This document shows, piece after piece, positions 50,707-63,573 of a stretch of 64,000 bases of DNA; the first letter of the stretch is position 1, and each line of letters starts with the position of its first letter. The notes under the pieces were generated by a model. That model was not told the origin of the DNA, made no database searches, and saw only the letters and a program-made list of their open reading frames with translations. Position numbers and translations under genes: made by a program. Origin of the DNA: Callorhinchus milii (taxonomy: Eukaryota); the NCBI RefSeq assembly GCF_018977255.1, contig NW_024704742.1, positions 130,946,001 to 131,010,000 on the forward strand, in the 5' to 3' direction.

Positions 50707-52721
50707 ATCGTTTTCACTATTTAGCTGCCTATCATTTCACAAATTGTTCATGTGTCTTTAAAATGTTTGGGTGGAAATCAAAGGACACATTTAATTGTGG
50801 AATTCTCTGGTACTCACTCCCCAAATCCCTTTGCCTTGCGCCTTCTCTCTCTGTCTACAAAACTATCTCTCTCATAGACTCTGACGTCAGTGAAAATCCT
50901 CAATATCTCCTCTCCTTCCTTCTCTGTTCACAGATCCCTATTGTCTCTGTAAATTGCTTTGACAAGCCCATCTTACATGAAAGACGCTGTACACATGCGA
51001 GTGGTTGTTATAGAAAAAATAGAAGGAAAAATGGAATTGGTTAGTAAAATAATGAGAGATGGAGCTGTCTAAATCATGATAATTGCAACACGATTCAGCA
51101 AGGTTTGTGAAATATTGAACCCCTGCTGGTAACTACCTATATTTTTTCCACACTTTTTTCTCTGTTTTTTCACACTTCCTAAACATTCTTAAGTTGGAAT
51201 ACGCCACATCAACTTACAAAGATAAGACAAAACAAACAGAGAAATTAATTCACTAGGTGGGGGAATCGGGCCCATTCACACACCTCCAAGACTTACCCAG
51301 CTCAGAGTATACTGCTTTTATCTATTCATTCTAATTTTAGTATCACTGTTCTCAATTCATACTTTACACCTTTAGTTACACATCCCAACATTTTGCTTCA
51401 CTTTCTTAACTACCTCGTATTATTTTACTGATGGTCAGCATTTTGTGATGTCCTCTGAGATGAAAGTTGCTATATAAATGTAAATTAGTATTGTATTTTG
51501 TAATATATTATTTTAGTGACATGTCCATAAAACCCCAAGTTGGGACTTTGAACTCACAGTCTTACATGGCACTCCAGTGCTTTCCTGGGGGTATGCTGCA
51601 TCGGCTGAGATGTTAAACCAAGTTGGCTTGTTTAGGTTATTCAAATAGAGGAGGGAGTTTCTCCTGTGTCCTGGCCAACAATTCCCCAGATAAAATTAGT
51701 ATTTCACTTCATGGCTGTTTCTGGGACATTGCTGGATGGAAATTGACTGCTGCTTTGGTCTACAAATACAGTCACTACTGCACTTTACAGCAAATTGTGT
51801 GCAACACTTTGAGACATCTTGATGACATGATAAGGTGCTCTATCAAACGCAAGAATTATAATATCTCTACTACTCAACTATTTGTCTATCTCTCTCGAAA
51901 CATAGTTTACTCTCAACCGCACTGCCTTGACTCCTCTTTGCCTGTCTTCTGATTGTGCCTATATTTAACTCCCCAGTTCAGCATCAAACTATGCCATTGT
52001 TTAGTGCTACACGATGCTATTCTGCATGAAAAGCTCAATATAAATTAAAGTTGCTGTTTTTAAACATCTCTATGGATTTTGCCTCAAGAATCTTTCCGGC
52101 ACCTCAAGTATACTTCCATTCAGTAAATATTCCACCCTGCCATTTTTTATGCTGAATCCATACCAATAAGTGGGTTAATTCTGACTACTTTGTCCTGCTG
52201 TTTTAATGAAAGTACAGACATAGTTCAGTGATAGGGTTGCTGTACTGGACAAGTGACTGCTCAGAGAAGGCTTCCTTTCACTCCCATCTCTTGAACAGTA
52301 CAGTGAACAAGATTGGCTCTCGGAGTAAGTGAAAGATGTCATCAGCTTTTGCCTCCCCCAGCTTGAGTGCCCCGCTAGCAATGTGAAGGGCTGTAATTGG
52401 AATTGAGGTACAGATCAACCATGATATAATAGAATAGCAGAACAGGCTTGAGCGTCTGAATGGCCTACTCCTGTTCCTATGTTTCTATATTCAAGATATC
52501 CTCCCAAGGTGAAAGGTTCTATATCAATGTAAATTGTATGGAGGGAACAAGAAACCCTTTGAGAACTGCTTGCTTCATTAAATTCTAAAACACATGTGCA
52601 GTCTGCACTCAGCAACGATTACAGATCTGATACCGAAATGGGAGTAATAGCCTGAACAAGAATAGCACTGGTAGTAAACAAAAGATGTCATTTTTAAAAA
52701 AAAAAATTCATAGGCAATTTA

Positions 52722-53395
52722 TTGGAAAGGGTGCAGATGAGATTTACGAGGATGGTACCAGGAATGAGGGACCTTGATTATGAGGAAAGGCTAGAGAGGC
52801 CGGGATTATTCTCATTGGAGCAGAGAAGGTTACGAGGAGACCTAATAGAGGTCTTCAAAATCATGAGGGGATTTGATAGGTTAGAAAGGGATAAACAGTT
52901 GCCACTGGTGGGTGTGTCGGTGACTCGAGGTCACAGATTCAAAATAGACTCTAAAAGAAGCAGAGGGGAGGTGAGAAGAAATTTTTTTATGCAGCGAGTT
53001 GTTTGAATCTGGAACGCATTGCCTGAAAGGGTGGTGGAGGCCGATTCGATAACTACTTTTAAAAACGCGGTGGACGGGTATTTGAGGAAGACGGGTTTGC
53101 AGGGTTATGGGGAAAGGGCTGGGGAGATAGATTTCTTATTGCAAAAGGGATTAAGGGATATGGGGATAAGGCAGGGTCAAGTTATTAGCTGGAGTTAGAT
53201 TAGAAGATCAGCCATGATTGAATGGTGAGGCAGGCTCGAAGGGCCGAATGGCCTGCTCCTGCTCCTACATGTTATGTTATATTATGTTATGGGAGTGGGA
53301 CTGACACTAATTGCTCTATTCAAAGAGCCGGCACAAACTCGATGGGCCGAATGGCCTCTTTTGTGCTGTACGATTCTATGATTCTATGATTCTAT
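52722..53395 (+). mobile_element. CR1 LINE 3' end with a second CR1 tail nested (~53130-53290)
   Basis: ERVQMRFTRMVPGMR...LFSLEQRRLRGDLIEVFKIM...TRGHRFK; tails (tgtta)n and (gattctat)n. Confidence 0.92.
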
Positions 53396-54204
53396 GAGAT
53401 GTCAACTCTGGGGAAACGACACATCATTCTGCTATATTTTTTGTGCTACCATCAAGCTCCCAGTTCTGAAGCTTGACATTTTACAGTTATAGCCTCAAGA
53501 ATATCATCATAGAGCATTGCCTATAAATCCCCCCTACCTCAAAAAAAGGAGCTTCTCCTGGTGTCCTTACCAACAATTCCCCAGATAAAATCAATCATTC
53601 ACTTTGTGGACTTTTTGTGGGACACTGCTGTGGGCAAATTGGTTTGTCGTGTTTGCCTACAAAATACATAGTCACTACACTTTACAGCAAAAATCCTGTG
53701 AAGTGTTTTGAAATGTTTGGACCACATAAGACGACTAGCAAACCCAGGGGACTGCAGAAGACATGGTTAAGAATTCTGATTTGGATAGGGGAATAGAGGT
53801 CCAAGCAATGTATCTGATTCACAATGAGATATCGCTTTGGAATTCTGGAGGTTAGGGGAGAAGTGAGAGTAAAGAAGGCCCTTTGCCCATTTCAACAAAT
53901 CCTTCCAGAACACTGATCCTATTCTTTTCCCATTACATCAACCTGTTTCTTAAATAAGCCTAGTGTCCTGTTGGCCTTGACCATCCTTCTTGGTAACCTA
54001 TTCCAGTTTTTTGGTACCCTCTGTGTAATGAGATACTACACTTTCTGGTGTGTGTCCTACAATTATCCTTTAGCAATTGAAGTTATGCCATCTTGTCCCG
54101 TTGCCTTTGTCTTTATCTGAAAGTATTTGGGTTTATGTTCTCTGTCCCCTTCGGCTTGTTACATGCCTCTGTAAGATCTCCACTGAAATGACTCTTTTCA
54201 AGCC

Positions 54205-54542
54205 TGTCCACTGCACATAGACCTGTCTGCTCCCTCCGCTCAACAGGCTCCGGCCTGCTCCATGTCCCCTGCGCAGCCAGCCCCACCATGAGCGGTCGGG
54301 CTTTCAGCCTTTTTACCCCCACCCTTTGGAACTCCATCCCAAGTCTCTTCGCCTCACTCGCTCCCTTGCCTCTTTCAAGGCCCGTCTCAAGACCCTCCTG
54401 TTTGGTAACCCTCCTATCCCTACCCTCCTTGCCTCCACACCTCTTGATCCAACCCCCAGTTCAGGTCCAAGTCCCTGAATATCAAGCACCTTGGGATGTA
54501 CTCCTGATGTGAAAGGCACTATGCAAATGTAATTTGTTGTCG
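54205..54542 (+). mobile_element. L2 3' fragment nested in a minus-strand CR1 remnant
   Basis: GRAFS..PTLWNSIP-type end; tail gtgaaaggcactatgcaaatgtaatttgttgt. Confidence 0.75.
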
Positions 54543-55927
54543 TTAAAATGCCCTACATTATCTGAACATTCCTTAAAATTCACGCTTCAAACATTGGGGA
54601 TCAACCTTGTCACTGTGCTCTGTATTGCCCCTCGCTTTAGCCCCTAAATGCCACAGTGCAAGGAACGATTCAAAATGGTGCATGTGTGTCCTGATCAGAG
54701 CCCTGCACAGCTTCAGCAAGATGACTCAGTTCATGAGCTAAACTCATCAGTAATGATCAGTAATGTTGCCCAGCATCCTGCTTGCTTTGTTTAGGCAAGA
54801 ATGTTTCTTTACTTCACCTCCTGGGAAATCAAGACCCTGTGCTGATCTGCAATGATGCGATCACATCACCCTCTCCCAGGCTTTCTCTCGCTTTCTCTCA
54901 AAGTCGTTCACCTTCACTTTATCTGCTATTATCACGCTTTCATTTTTATAGGGAACCGCAACATATATTATAAACTATAGTTGGCACAGAGCGAGGTGAA
55001 AGGCTTTAATTTAATCTTGGATGACAACCTCCTTGTGAAGCGACTTGAATCTCCCAATTTAATTCAATCCCCATTACTCACTGCCAGACATTCCTTGCTC
55101 CACGTATAATGGCTCCAAGTCATTTTAAATAACAAAATGCCACCAAGTAAATCTTAATTTGTGTTCTTTGCACTCTATAAATAAGTGTAATTTCATCATG
55201 GGTTTGAAGTTGCGTTCATTGAAAGGAAATTTCTTTCAACGTTCTATTTTTGAAGTGAAAAAGATGCAGTTCTTAAATTCTGTGTGTGGCTCATGCTGCT
55301 TTATACAGGGCAACGCTAGTATAATATGGCCTTCATCGAATATCTCAGAGACCATGTTATAATGAATAATAGTGCAATCACAGCGCGCAGGACGTATCAG
55401 CGATGCTTCCTGTGCAAGGCACTGAGGAAATGACATCAGTGGCAACCTGACAACCCGGAAGTCAGACATTTTTTAGCCAATCAGTGCGGGAAGCTAGGTG
55501 TACTACGCTTCTGGCATCGTGTGTGTTCACAGTAGACCATACCTCAAGTGAACCCAAGCTCAACTGGGCTCATTGTAACTGGGCTGCCCTGTGCTATAGC
55601 GCAAAGCCAAAAGTCGCAAGACTTTCTGTTTTGCTTCAATCTGTTGCGTTTCTTCATTTTTTTGTAATTTGCCAGTATAGAGCAGGAGAACATTATTTTG
55701 CAAAGTTAAAGTTCCACATGAAGATAACAGTTCAATCCATCTCCATTGGAACTCCATGCACATTGCAATCTAACCTTCTCGGATTTTTTTCTGTTACTTT
55801 TAAAAATAAATTCTGTAATTTTCTTCTGATGCAATTACCATGCCTATTCTGGCTACCTTGGTCTGGTTACCTCTCTCCTTGCTGTCCAAAAACGCCTAAA
55901 GGTGAATTTCCTTCACCGTGTCTTTAG

Positions 55928-56310
55928 TGTCAGCTGGCTCAGTTGGCAGCACTCTCACTTCTGAGTCAGATGGCTGAGCGCTGACATTCCAATACAATTC
56001 TGGGTGTGCGCTGAATTGTTGGAGTTGCCGTGGTTCGAGTGAGACCTTAAACCTGTTCAGATGAGTGTTAAACATCCCATGGCACTAAACAAAAAGAGAA
56101 GCGGGTTTCTCTTGGGTTTCTGGCCAACAATCCCCCTGATAAAATCAATCTTTCACTTTGTGGCTGTTTGTGGGACACTGCTGTTTGCAAGTTGGTTTGT
56201 CGTGTTGGCCTACAAAATATACAGTCACTACACTTTACAATACAAATCCTGTGAAGTGCTATGAGTCGTTTTGATAACATAAGATGCTATACCAAGTGGG
56301 AGGATTAATA
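55928..56310 (+). mobile_element. SINE family B
   Basis: gtcagctggctcagttggcagcactctcacttctgagtcaga head plus core. Confidence 0.8.
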
Positions 56311-57465
56311 ACTATAGTTTTTAAATCGCTAGCTTCTATGCTCACCTTTTGTAAAGTGTTTTGAGACAAAGATCTCTTAGAACATAAGAATTCGCTCGGG
56401 GAAAGAAGACCGAGGTCCATCAAGTTTGCCTTCCAGCATCCTGGCAATCACGTCATGTCCCAAACTATATACTGTATCCCGAGATATTATTTCCTATCTA
56501 TCTATCTATCCAATTTATTCTTGAAAGAATTGACACTTTCTGCTTCTACCGTCTCTCTAGGGAGCCTGTTCAAATTTATTTGGAAGATTGTTGGCTAAGT
56601 CACAGGGAGAAACTCTCTTCACTTTTAGAACACAATCAATGGGATCTTTAACATCCACCTGAACAAGTGGATGGGACCTTGGATTAAGGTCTCAACCAAA
56701 GGACGGCACCTTTGACAGTGAGGCACTCCTCTAGTGCTGCACTGGAGTGTCAGCCTGGAATTTGAGCTCTGAGTCATGAAAGGGGAACTTTGAAAGGTCT
56801 CAGGGCACTTCACACAATTTGTTACTTTTGAAGTTGTTTTGAAGAAGGTGTTATATCGGCCAGCACAGGAGCATCTCTGATCTCCGCTGGCAGCATCCCA
56901 CAAACAGCAATGATGAATGACCAAATTGTACCCATTTACATGTGAGCTTGGATGAGGAAAAAACTTTGGCCAGTACACTGGAGAGAACTCTGCCAAGGAA
57001 TCTTGAACATCTACCAGAAGAGGACCAGCTGACCCATTGTGCATTGAGCTGCTCTGACACATAAACTGAGCTGACCTGCTTGTCTGAAAGAGAAGGTCTG
57101 TATCGAAATTTATGCGTTCATTCCTTGATTACTAAAATAAATCTTTTTCTCCACCCCCACCACGCCCCCCATCTCTCTGAGACCCCTGCTGGGAATGGAA
57201 AACATTCCCACATGGGCATCAAACGCTCACGGGACAGGCAGTGCCATGGGTTGCTGCAGACTGCTCTGTACTGCACCCTAAGAAGTACTTCACCTCACAA
57301 TACCAACCCCTGCTTATACTAACATGCCTGCTTTCCTCATGTCTGACACGCTCTATTTCATGAGATTTCCAATGAGCTTCGCAAAGTGCTCAGCTGGCAT
57401 AACTGCTATGTTATCGACAGAGAGAAAATCACCTGCCATGAATACTGATTGTCTTCGCAGCTCTT

Positions 57466-57791
57466 TAATAATAATAATAATAATAATCCTTGCATTTGAT
57501 ATAGCGCTTTTCACGTCGGGAGGACGTCCCAAAGCGCTTCACAGAACACACTGTAAAGTGAATTGACTGTATATTTGTGGGCGAACGCGGCAGCCAATTG
57601 CGCACAGCAATGTCCCACAAACAGTCGTAGATTGAAAATGACCAATTTATTATTGTTTTTGGTTTTGGAAGGATTATTATTAGGAGTGTGGAGTAAGGAA
57701 ACTGGCCCAAGGTTTCGCCCTCTGCCGGGAATTGAATTCAGGTCTCTCACTTGCAAAGCGAGTGCTCTAACCACTGAGCTACAGGACTCCA
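57466..57791 (-). mobile_element. Full-length young SINE family A
   Basis: Near-identical to the 2311 and 33541 copies. Confidence 0.9.
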
Positions 57792-58490
57792 CCACCACAC
57801 CTTCGCTCTCAATCTTAAATCACTCATGTTCGTTGCCATCCCCCACTCCTCATCCCTCTACGACTTCCTCAAACCTTACCGACCTGGCCGGTCCCTTCTC
57901 CTGCCTGCTTTGTGCCCCCCACCCTACCATTTGAGGGACTGAGAGACCACTGTATATTTTTGCCCACAAAATACACAGTCAATTCACTTTACTATATATT
58001 CTGTGAAATGCTTTAACACATGATGAACTGCTAATTCAAATGTAAGGATTATTATTATTATTATTATTATCATCTGCCCCCGATCTCTGGGGCTCCATCC
58101 TGGAGTCCGTCTGACTCACTCTATCCCTAACCTCATTCAAGGTTCTTCCCAAGATCTGACTCTATGACCACACTTTCAGTCATCTTTCCTCCCCCCCCAC
58201 CCACCCCCCCCACTCAGGTCCCAACCTCCCCTCAGCTCGGGTGCCAAGCCATTATCATTAAGCGCCTTGGGACGTCCTCTTGACATGAAAGCCGCTATAT
58301 ATAAATGTAAATCTGTATAATATTGTGTTGAAATTCAGGGTTTTGGAAGTTCACCTCAGCATTAGTTAAGATTGAGCAGTAATACCTCACTTCCCTTCCC
58401 TTCCACTCTCTCCCCTGTTTCCCCCCCTCCCTCCTTCCCTCCCACCCTCCCTCCTCCATTGTTATTGACATGAACCGGGCCAGTGTGTAC

Positions 58491-58640
58491 CTGGGTAAGG
58501 ATGGATCCCGTTGGCAAAGACGGCTTCGGCTGTTGGTTGCCCATTAGCCTGGGGTGGGAGGCCAGTGAAACCATTCACTCCGATCGAAGACGGGATGCTC
58601 GGCACAGCTGGTGCCGTGATACCGGGAGGCGTGCTTCCGC
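58491..58640 (-). CDS. CELF4: CELF4 coding exon: (G)[49 protein letters not shown]
   Basis: 150 nt inside ORF 58462..58665; acceptor tgtgtttcag, donor G|gtacac; phase 1 to 1. Confidence 0.95.
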
Positions 58641-58660
58641 CTGAAACACATACACAGCAG

Positions 58661-59325
58661 GTCACATCTGACAGTCACTATCTCAGTCACTATCTCACAG
58701 TCACCATCTCACAGTCACCATCCGACAGTCACTATCTCAGTCACTATCTCACAGTCACCATCTCACAGTCACCATCTCAGTCACCACCTGACAGTCAGCA
58801 CCTGACAGTCATCATCTCACAGTCACCATCTCAGTCACTATCTTAGTCACTATCTCACAGTCACCATCTCATTGTCACTATCTCACAGTCACCATCTCAG
58901 TCACTATCTCACAGTCACCATCTCACTGTCACTATCTCACAGTCACCATCTCAGTCACTATCTTAGTCACTATCTCACAGTCACTATCTCAGTCACTATC
59001 TCACAGTCACCTTCTCAGTCACTATCTCAGTCACTATCTCACAGTCACCATCTCACTGTCACTATCTCACAGTCACCATCTCAGTCACCATCTCAGTCAC
59101 TATCTCAGTCACTATCTCACAGTCACCACCTCACTGTCACTATCTCACAGTCACCATCTCAGTCACCATCTCAGTCACCATCTCACAGTCACTATCTCAC
59201 AGTCACCATCTCACAGTCACCATCTCACAGTCGCCACCTCAGTCACTATTTCACAATCACCATCTCACTGTCACCATCTCACACCATCTCACAGTCATCA
59301 TCTCACAGTCACCATCTCACAGTCA
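58661..59325. repeat. 12/14-bp minisatellite (cagtcac[t/c]atct[ca])n
   Basis: Direct tandem units over ~660 bp; explains the low-complexity ORF 58872..59438. Confidence 0.95.
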
Positions 59326-60939
59326 AACTGGGTGAAGCAGAACTCTTCAATGTTACCAGTGGCTGCTGGTCTGTCCTTTACAGCACAACGCAACACAATA
59401 CAATACAATACAATTTTACATTTATACAGTGCTTTTAAATGTCAGGATGACATCCCAAAGGAGAAGAGACTGGGCACCCCAGCTGGGGACAGGAGCCAAG
59501 AGGAATGGGGTGGGGAAAGATGACTGAAAGAGCGGTCAAAAAGATAGGTCTTGAGCTGTAGAAAATCGCCTGAGCCAAATTCGCAACAACACAACCTGGA
59601 TTTACTGCAAATACAATAACGTCTTGGAGCGCTTCACAGTGGTGGGAGTTGAAAGGGGGGTGGAGGGGGAATTACCATTCTTGTGGTTTTAAGGTGGGAT
59701 TTGAAGACAGATAGAGACGGGGTGAGGTGGAGGGATAGAGGCATGGAGGCAGACAGTTCCAGAGTTGAGGGCATAATGACTGAATTGAGACTGAAATAAA
59801 GATTGAACTTAAGAATTTTTCAAATTCCTTAAAATGTTAAACAGGTCGTTCCGTCATGATAAGACGATGTATTTTTATTATTATGATTAATATTGTCGTT
59901 ATTATTATACCGTAATTCTAAAGCCTTCTTCAGGCCTTGAGCAAATTTGAGCATCAAATCCACATGAGGTCTTGCTGTGACCCACAAAAGTATATGTGTT
60001 CTAGTCCACAACAAAGGCTGAGTGCCATTCCAATGGTGGGTTAAACAGCTCGTTCATAAAATATGCATGACCCCAATAGCAGGTACATCTGCAGCCCATG
60101 TTACTGCAGGATAATCTAACGGCATTGACTTGCTCCTGTAAATGTATTTGTTTTAATCTTTCTTTTTGGAAATGTTTTCCTTATTTTGTTGTTCCACCCA
60201 CTCCCCCCTCCCTTCCAGCCCGTCCGAAACTCAACCCCTCCTCTCTCTTTCTCTCTCTCTTTCTCTGTCGTGATCTCTGTTGATGCTGGACTCCAGATGA
60301 GACATTAAACTGAGTTCTCATCCGCCTGATTAATAGCGACTCGAAAATCCAATGCAATGATTTCCTCAGACAATATCATTAGAAGTTACTCCTCTGGCTG
60401 GAAGGGTGGGGGGAGGGAAGGGGGGAGAGATATACTTAAAAAGAAATCTGATATTACTTTGCTGTTCACAGCAGCTTGAAGTTTTGCCAGTTTTTTTCTT
60501 TTAACCATCTGCTGATTGAGCACTCTGTCAGTCAGACGGAAAGCACCTCATTTCGATGGCACATTCACTCTTGGCTTCACGCAGGATGTTATTAAAGTCC
60601 TTTCGACTGCAGATGAGTTGGCATCAGACATGATTGCGTTAAGCACAGAGCACATCTTGCGATAATTAAGACTCGCACATGCTGTAAAAGTACGGACGCC
60701 ATAGAAGCAAAAAAATAAGTACTACTTTGGAGGCATTTAAATAATGTAAGTGACAACCTAAATGCATACTTATTCATTAGCCAGCTCCACTTCATACAGG
60801 GTAATTATCTTTTTAGGTCAAACTTGTAAGAATATTTACTTTTTTTAATTGAAAAAAAATCTCCAACTATGGCTACATTTTGGACAGCGTCGTTTCTGAA
60901 CATGCTGCTTAGCAAAAATTTTGTTTCTTTTTTTAACAA

Positions 60940-61752
60940 TAAGATTAATCCTTCCATTCGAAATAGAGCCTTATCATGTCGTCGAGACGTCTCACAAAGT
61001 GTTTCACTATAAAAAGGATTGACTGTGTATTTTGTGGGCAAAGCACATCAACCAGTTTGCACAAAGAGCCATGGAGTGAATGGACCAATTTTATTTGGGG
61101 GATTCGTTGGCCAGTATTCTTTAATGTCCACCTGAACAGGCAGATGGGACCTCAGTTTAATATTTCATTGGAAGAACGGCACCTCTGACAATGCAACAGC
61201 CCCCCAGCACTAAATTGGAGTGTCAGGTTACACTATGTGGTTTCAAGTCCAGATTTAGGGATTGAACCCATGACTTTCTGGCTCAGGGACGAGAGTTCTA
61301 CCATTGAGCCAGGCTGACACATGCTCACGGACATCTTATAACAATCATAATCCAATCATAATCCTTGCATCCTGATCACATTGTCGAGACACCTCAAGGT
61401 GCTTCACTGGATTTACTGTAAAGTGGAGTGGCTGTGTATTTGTGGGTAAGCATGGCAGCCAATTTGTCTATATCAATGTCCCCAAAACAGTCATGAAATG
61501 AATCATTAATATTATCTGAATGTTGTTGGTTGGGTCACTGGGAGAATTTTTTTTGAATCGTACCAATGTCTACTAATGTGTATCTAAACAGGCAGACAGG
61601 CCCTTTGTTTAACATCTCATCCGAAGGACCTCCAACAAACCCAGCACTGCACTTCAGTGTCAGCTTAGACTGAGAATTCAAAGTCCTGATACGGCGCTTG
61701 AACCCACAACTTTCTGACTCAGAGCCAAGAGTGTTACCAACTGAGCCAGGCT
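60940..61752 (-). mobile_element. Two tandem SINE family B copies (60940-61320, 61355-61752)
   Basis: Each ends on plus with tgagccaggct (reverse complement of the head) and carries core and tail. Confidence 0.8.
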
Positions 61753-62234
61753 TTAAAAATTATCTGGTAGAGTAAACGAGGACTCCTTCCAGGGGCCAGT
61801 ACATTGTGTCGACCCGTGGGATCTACTTCCAACTTCAACATGAGCTACTTCCGCAGGGGATTTTCAGCAGGTTGATGGTGTTTGACGGGAAGATGGATGG
61901 TTTTAGATGGTGAAACTCCAGCAATATCCCCACGCACAGTCTGGGATGCAGAGGTCCCAAAGCTCCTGCTAATCCTTGCCTAATATTACTGGGTTTAGGT
62001 GAGCTAGGTGCATTCTTGGGGTGTCAAAGGCAATTCCAGACACAGGAAAATTTCCATGCATGCAACAAGATTCCATTTATAAAGCGCCTTTCACATCAGG
62101 AGGAACTCGTGGAACTCACAGTTGTTTTGCTCGGATGCTCCTTAAGCAATGAGTGAAAAGCTGTGTTCTTTTTACTTTCTACGGACTAAAATGCGGATAG
62201 TTTATAAAACACTGAAGCAGCCAGCTCACACCAA

Positions 62235-62450
62235 TAGTGGAAATCTGGAACACTCTTCCCCAAATGGCTGTGGATGCTGGATCCATTCAAATTTTCAAGA
62301 CTGAGTAGATTTTTCTTAGGTATGGGATGGGTATCAAGGGATATGGGGCAAAGGTGGGTAAATGAAGTTGAGGTACAGATCAGCCATGATCTAATAGAAT
62401 GGTGAAACAGGCTCCAGGGGCTGAATGGCCTACTCCTGTTCCTATGTTCC
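62235..62450 (+). mobile_element. CR1 3' end
   Basis: Same 3'-UTR motif as 32150-32430. Confidence 0.8.
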
Positions 62451-62653
62451 TCTTGCATTTCCCTCAGTAACCTGGTGTTATATCAGTGTTCCATTTGGAT
62501 TGGAAACCACAGCACCTGATCGACTTGCAAAACTGTGACTTTCCTTTTTAACTATGAACTTTCCCCACTGCCTGGGAAAGATGGCTACCTCCCAGGGGCA
62601 AGTGTTAATGATACTTTCATGTTGATTCTATGTCCCTACGATGCTTCACTTAC

Positions 62654-62801
62654 CTGATGTTGGGGTCATTGGGGCAGCTGCCAATCCGTTCATGTTCAAG
62701 GCTGCCATCTGTTGCATCTGTGCTGCCGCAAACGCTGCCATTGGGTTCAGGTAGCCTCCCTGGGCGACCGAGGCCATTATCGTGGCTTGCTGCTGCATCA
62801 G
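62654..62801 (-). CDS. CELF4: CELF4 coding exon (linker): [49 protein letters not shown](G)
   Basis: 148 nt; acceptor ttttccaaatag, donor G|gtaagt; translated by hand (not in the ORF track); matches the CELF4 divergent-domain peptide as I recall it; phase 0 to 1. Confidence 0.95.
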
Positions 62802-63248
62802 CTATTTGGAAAACAAAAGTGTTTCTAAATTTTTATGCAATCACTGGAAAAATCGAGTGCCTGACGCTCATTCTTTCATTGAATTCAAAGATTTATGAAA
62901 TCTCGGACCCGATTTTCATTTTCTCCCGATGCCAGATCCTGCATTTAGTTGGTAAAACTCCAGCAATATCCCCAATGCACAGCCTACTAAGCTTTGCCTA
63001 ATACCTTTGCCTAACACCCCTGCCTAAGCTTCAAGGCAAAACTAAATGTGACACAATTAAACCTGATGTACTCATCTTGAGCAATTGAGGATCAAAAAGC
63101 ATACTGTAGTCTTCTAGATCATAGTAGTATGAAACATAACATATTACTGTAGATCAGTGTGTCATATACCATAATGTGTTGTTCTTAGTCAACTTATATT
63201 AAATAGCACGCTGGTCTAGATCAACAAAGCGCCATTGAATCAACATCT

Positions 63249-63573
63249 GTGGAGTCCTGTAGCTCAGTGGTTAGAGCACTCGTCTTGCAAGCGAGAGACC
63301 TGGGTTCGATTCCTGGCAGGGTGAAATCTTGGGCAAGTTTCCTTACTCCACACGCCTGATAATAATCCCTCAAAAAATAAAAATAAATAAAATAAAAATA
63401 ATAAATTGGTCTGTCAATCCACGACTGTTTGTGGGACACTGCTGTGCGCAATTGGCTGCCGTGTTTTGCCCACAAATATACAGTCAATTCACTTTACAGT
63501 AAATTCTGTGAAGCACTTTGAGACATCTAGAAGACATGAAAAGTCCTATGTCAAATGCAAAGATTATTATTAT
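63249..63573 (+). mobile_element. Full-length SINE family A inserted in a degenerate AT-rich satellite (~63100-64000)
   Basis: Complete head/core/tail; both flanks show recurring atactg/tctagatca units. Confidence 0.88.

Noticed and set aside
58872..59438. 188-aa Ser/His/Gln-rich ORF
   Set aside because: Translation of the minisatellite
63250..63322. tRNA-Ala-like cloverleaf as a tRNA gene (also 2313, 6461, 33790, 57715)
   Set aside because: Imperfect acceptor stem, and each continues directly into a SINE body and tail
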